Source: Candidatus Latescibacterota bacterium
GTDB taxonomy: Bacteria > Latescibacterota > UBA2968 > UBA8231
DNA length: 64,000 nt
Reading direction: 5' to 3'
Assembly: GCA_965197905.1 (NCBI GenBank)
Contig: CBDAOB010000004.1
Coordinates: forward strand, 160,001 to 224,000
The notes under the pieces: model-generated
The model's database searches: none
The model's input: only the letters and a program-made list of their open reading frames with translations
What the model was told of the DNA's origin: nothing
Shown: positions 62,947 to 64,000 of the stretch, piece after piece
How the letters are laid out: each line of letters opens with the position of its first letter
How positions within the stretch are numbered: position 1 is the first letter of the stretch
Program-made: the position numbers and the translations under genes

Positions 62947-63486
62947 TCAGTCCCGATGGCTCTCCCCAAGCGGGATGTAGGTAATGGGAGGCGTGTGTTT
63001 CTTGAACAATTTGCGTTTCTCCTTCTGCAGCTTGCGGAAAACCTGTGGGGTCATGGCGAGCCCTCTGGAGCTCAGTGTGGCAGCGATGTTCACGGTTTCG
63101 CCAAAGAGGTCGAATCTCTTTTCCGATCGAGTCCCCACCGGGCCGCAAACAACCGGACCGTAGTGGGCGCGAATGTAGTGCCGACAGGGCATCTCGCGTT
63201 GTGTCAACCAGGCGTCGCCGGTCTCTTTGATGGCAAGCAAGGCATCGACCCCGCGGTCGACGTCGCCATCGGGAAAAACAACCAGCGCCTCGTCGCCAAT
63301 AAACTTGACCACCTTGCCTCCGGCGTCGCCGACGATGCCGCCGATGACTTCGTAATAGGCTGAAACGGTGTCGAAAAGCTCGCGGGCTGAACAGGTTTTG
63401 GCGTATCGGGAGAATAGAGTCAGGTCGGTAAACGCCACCAGCACATCCAGTTCGGTGGGGGTAGAAATGGAGTCTATATCAATCAT
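62947..63486 (-). CDS. stand-alone class III adenylate/guanylate cyclase-domain protein
   Basis: VAFTDLTLFS, VVKFIGDEAL, FDLFGETVNIA; RBS AGGAG. Confidence 0.85.
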   Translation of the reverse strand: MIDIDSISTPTELDVLVAFTDLTLFSRYAKTCSARELFDTVSAYYEVIGGIVGDAGGKVVKFIGDEALVVFPDGDVDRGVDALLAIKETGDAWLTQREMPCRHYIRAHYGPVVCGPVGTRSEKRFDLFGETVNIAATLSSRGLAMTPQVFRKLQKEKRKLFKKHTPPITYIPLGESHRD

Positions 63487-63560
63487 TTCTGTCGCTCCTG
63501 AGTATCGGTCGTATAACGACGGCCCGTTCGTCCGTCAGATCGAAAAGGAATCGCCAGCCC

Positions 63561-64000
63561 CTATGTCTGGCAGTCTATTCGATTGTTCCTGCGTCGGCCT
63601 CCTTCTTCAAGAGTTTTGGGACCTCGGGCAATCGAGATCGCCCACGGGTATTGGCGTTGCCATTGCGCGTAGATCTCAGGCCGGCGGAAATGACGATAAA
63701 AGTGATCCGTCGAGGTCCGTGGGGTTTGGAGATCGGCTGCGTTGAGGTCGGCCACAACAATTTCCTCCCGGTCACCTGTTGCTTGCGCGATGACCGCTCC
63801 CTCAGGATTGCAGATAAAGGTGACCCCGGCGAAGGTTCTACCCATGCCGTTGTCTCCAACCTGATTGCAGATGGCAACGAACAACGCGTTATCGCAGGCA
63901 CGGGCCGGAAGGTAGCGCAACCAGCGGTCCATCTTCGCGTCGCGCACCTCGTCGCCACCAGAGGCATGCGGCATGAAGATCAGCTCGGCCCCGCGTTCAG
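63561..64000 (-). CDS. nitrilase/carbon-nitrogen hydrolase family protein (5' end outside the window)
   Basis: GAELIFMPHA, PARACDN, CNQVG, VADL, RRPEIY. Confidence 0.85.
   Translation of the reverse strand, partial: ERGAELIFMPHASGGDEVRDAKMDRWLRYLPARACDNALFVAICNQVGDNGMGRTFAGVTFICNPEGAVIAQATGDREEIVVADLNAADLQTPRTSTDHFYRHFRRPEIYAQWQRQYPWAISIARGPKTLEEGGRRRNNRIDCQT

Overview
A GC-rich bacterial chromosomal segment of mostly housekeeping and cell-envelope genes: cysH, murD, argC, rfbB with polysaccharide export genes, dut, a Mo-hydroxylase operon, an RND pump, wecB, dnaE, map, glcDE, secDF and the yggS-yggT-ileS-dksA-lspA-rluD cluster. Gene content suggests a diderm, possibly FCB-related lineage such as Latescibacterota (inference only). 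The standout is a complete 2085-bp IS1595-family element (10312-12396) with terminal inverted repeats and an 8-bp ATAATTAT target duplication, inserted into the argC promoter. Besides its transposase it carries two passenger ORFs and two tandem CCA-ending tRNA-like RNAs. One is a tRNA-Arg-like gene with a remodelled anticodon arm. The other is a 72-nt RNA with an alanine acceptor stem (G3:U70, A73) and no D-stem, resembling the tRNA-like domain of tmRNA without its mRNA part. Other notable items: an in-frame UGA selenoprotein (UxxC, 58149-59792) split by the ORF caller, a 166-bp CTAG-bounded palindromic MITE, a long structured leader with tandem terminators before a small HTH gene, a sigma-54 promoter before a hypothetical gene, and five frameshifted genes that may be assembly errors.
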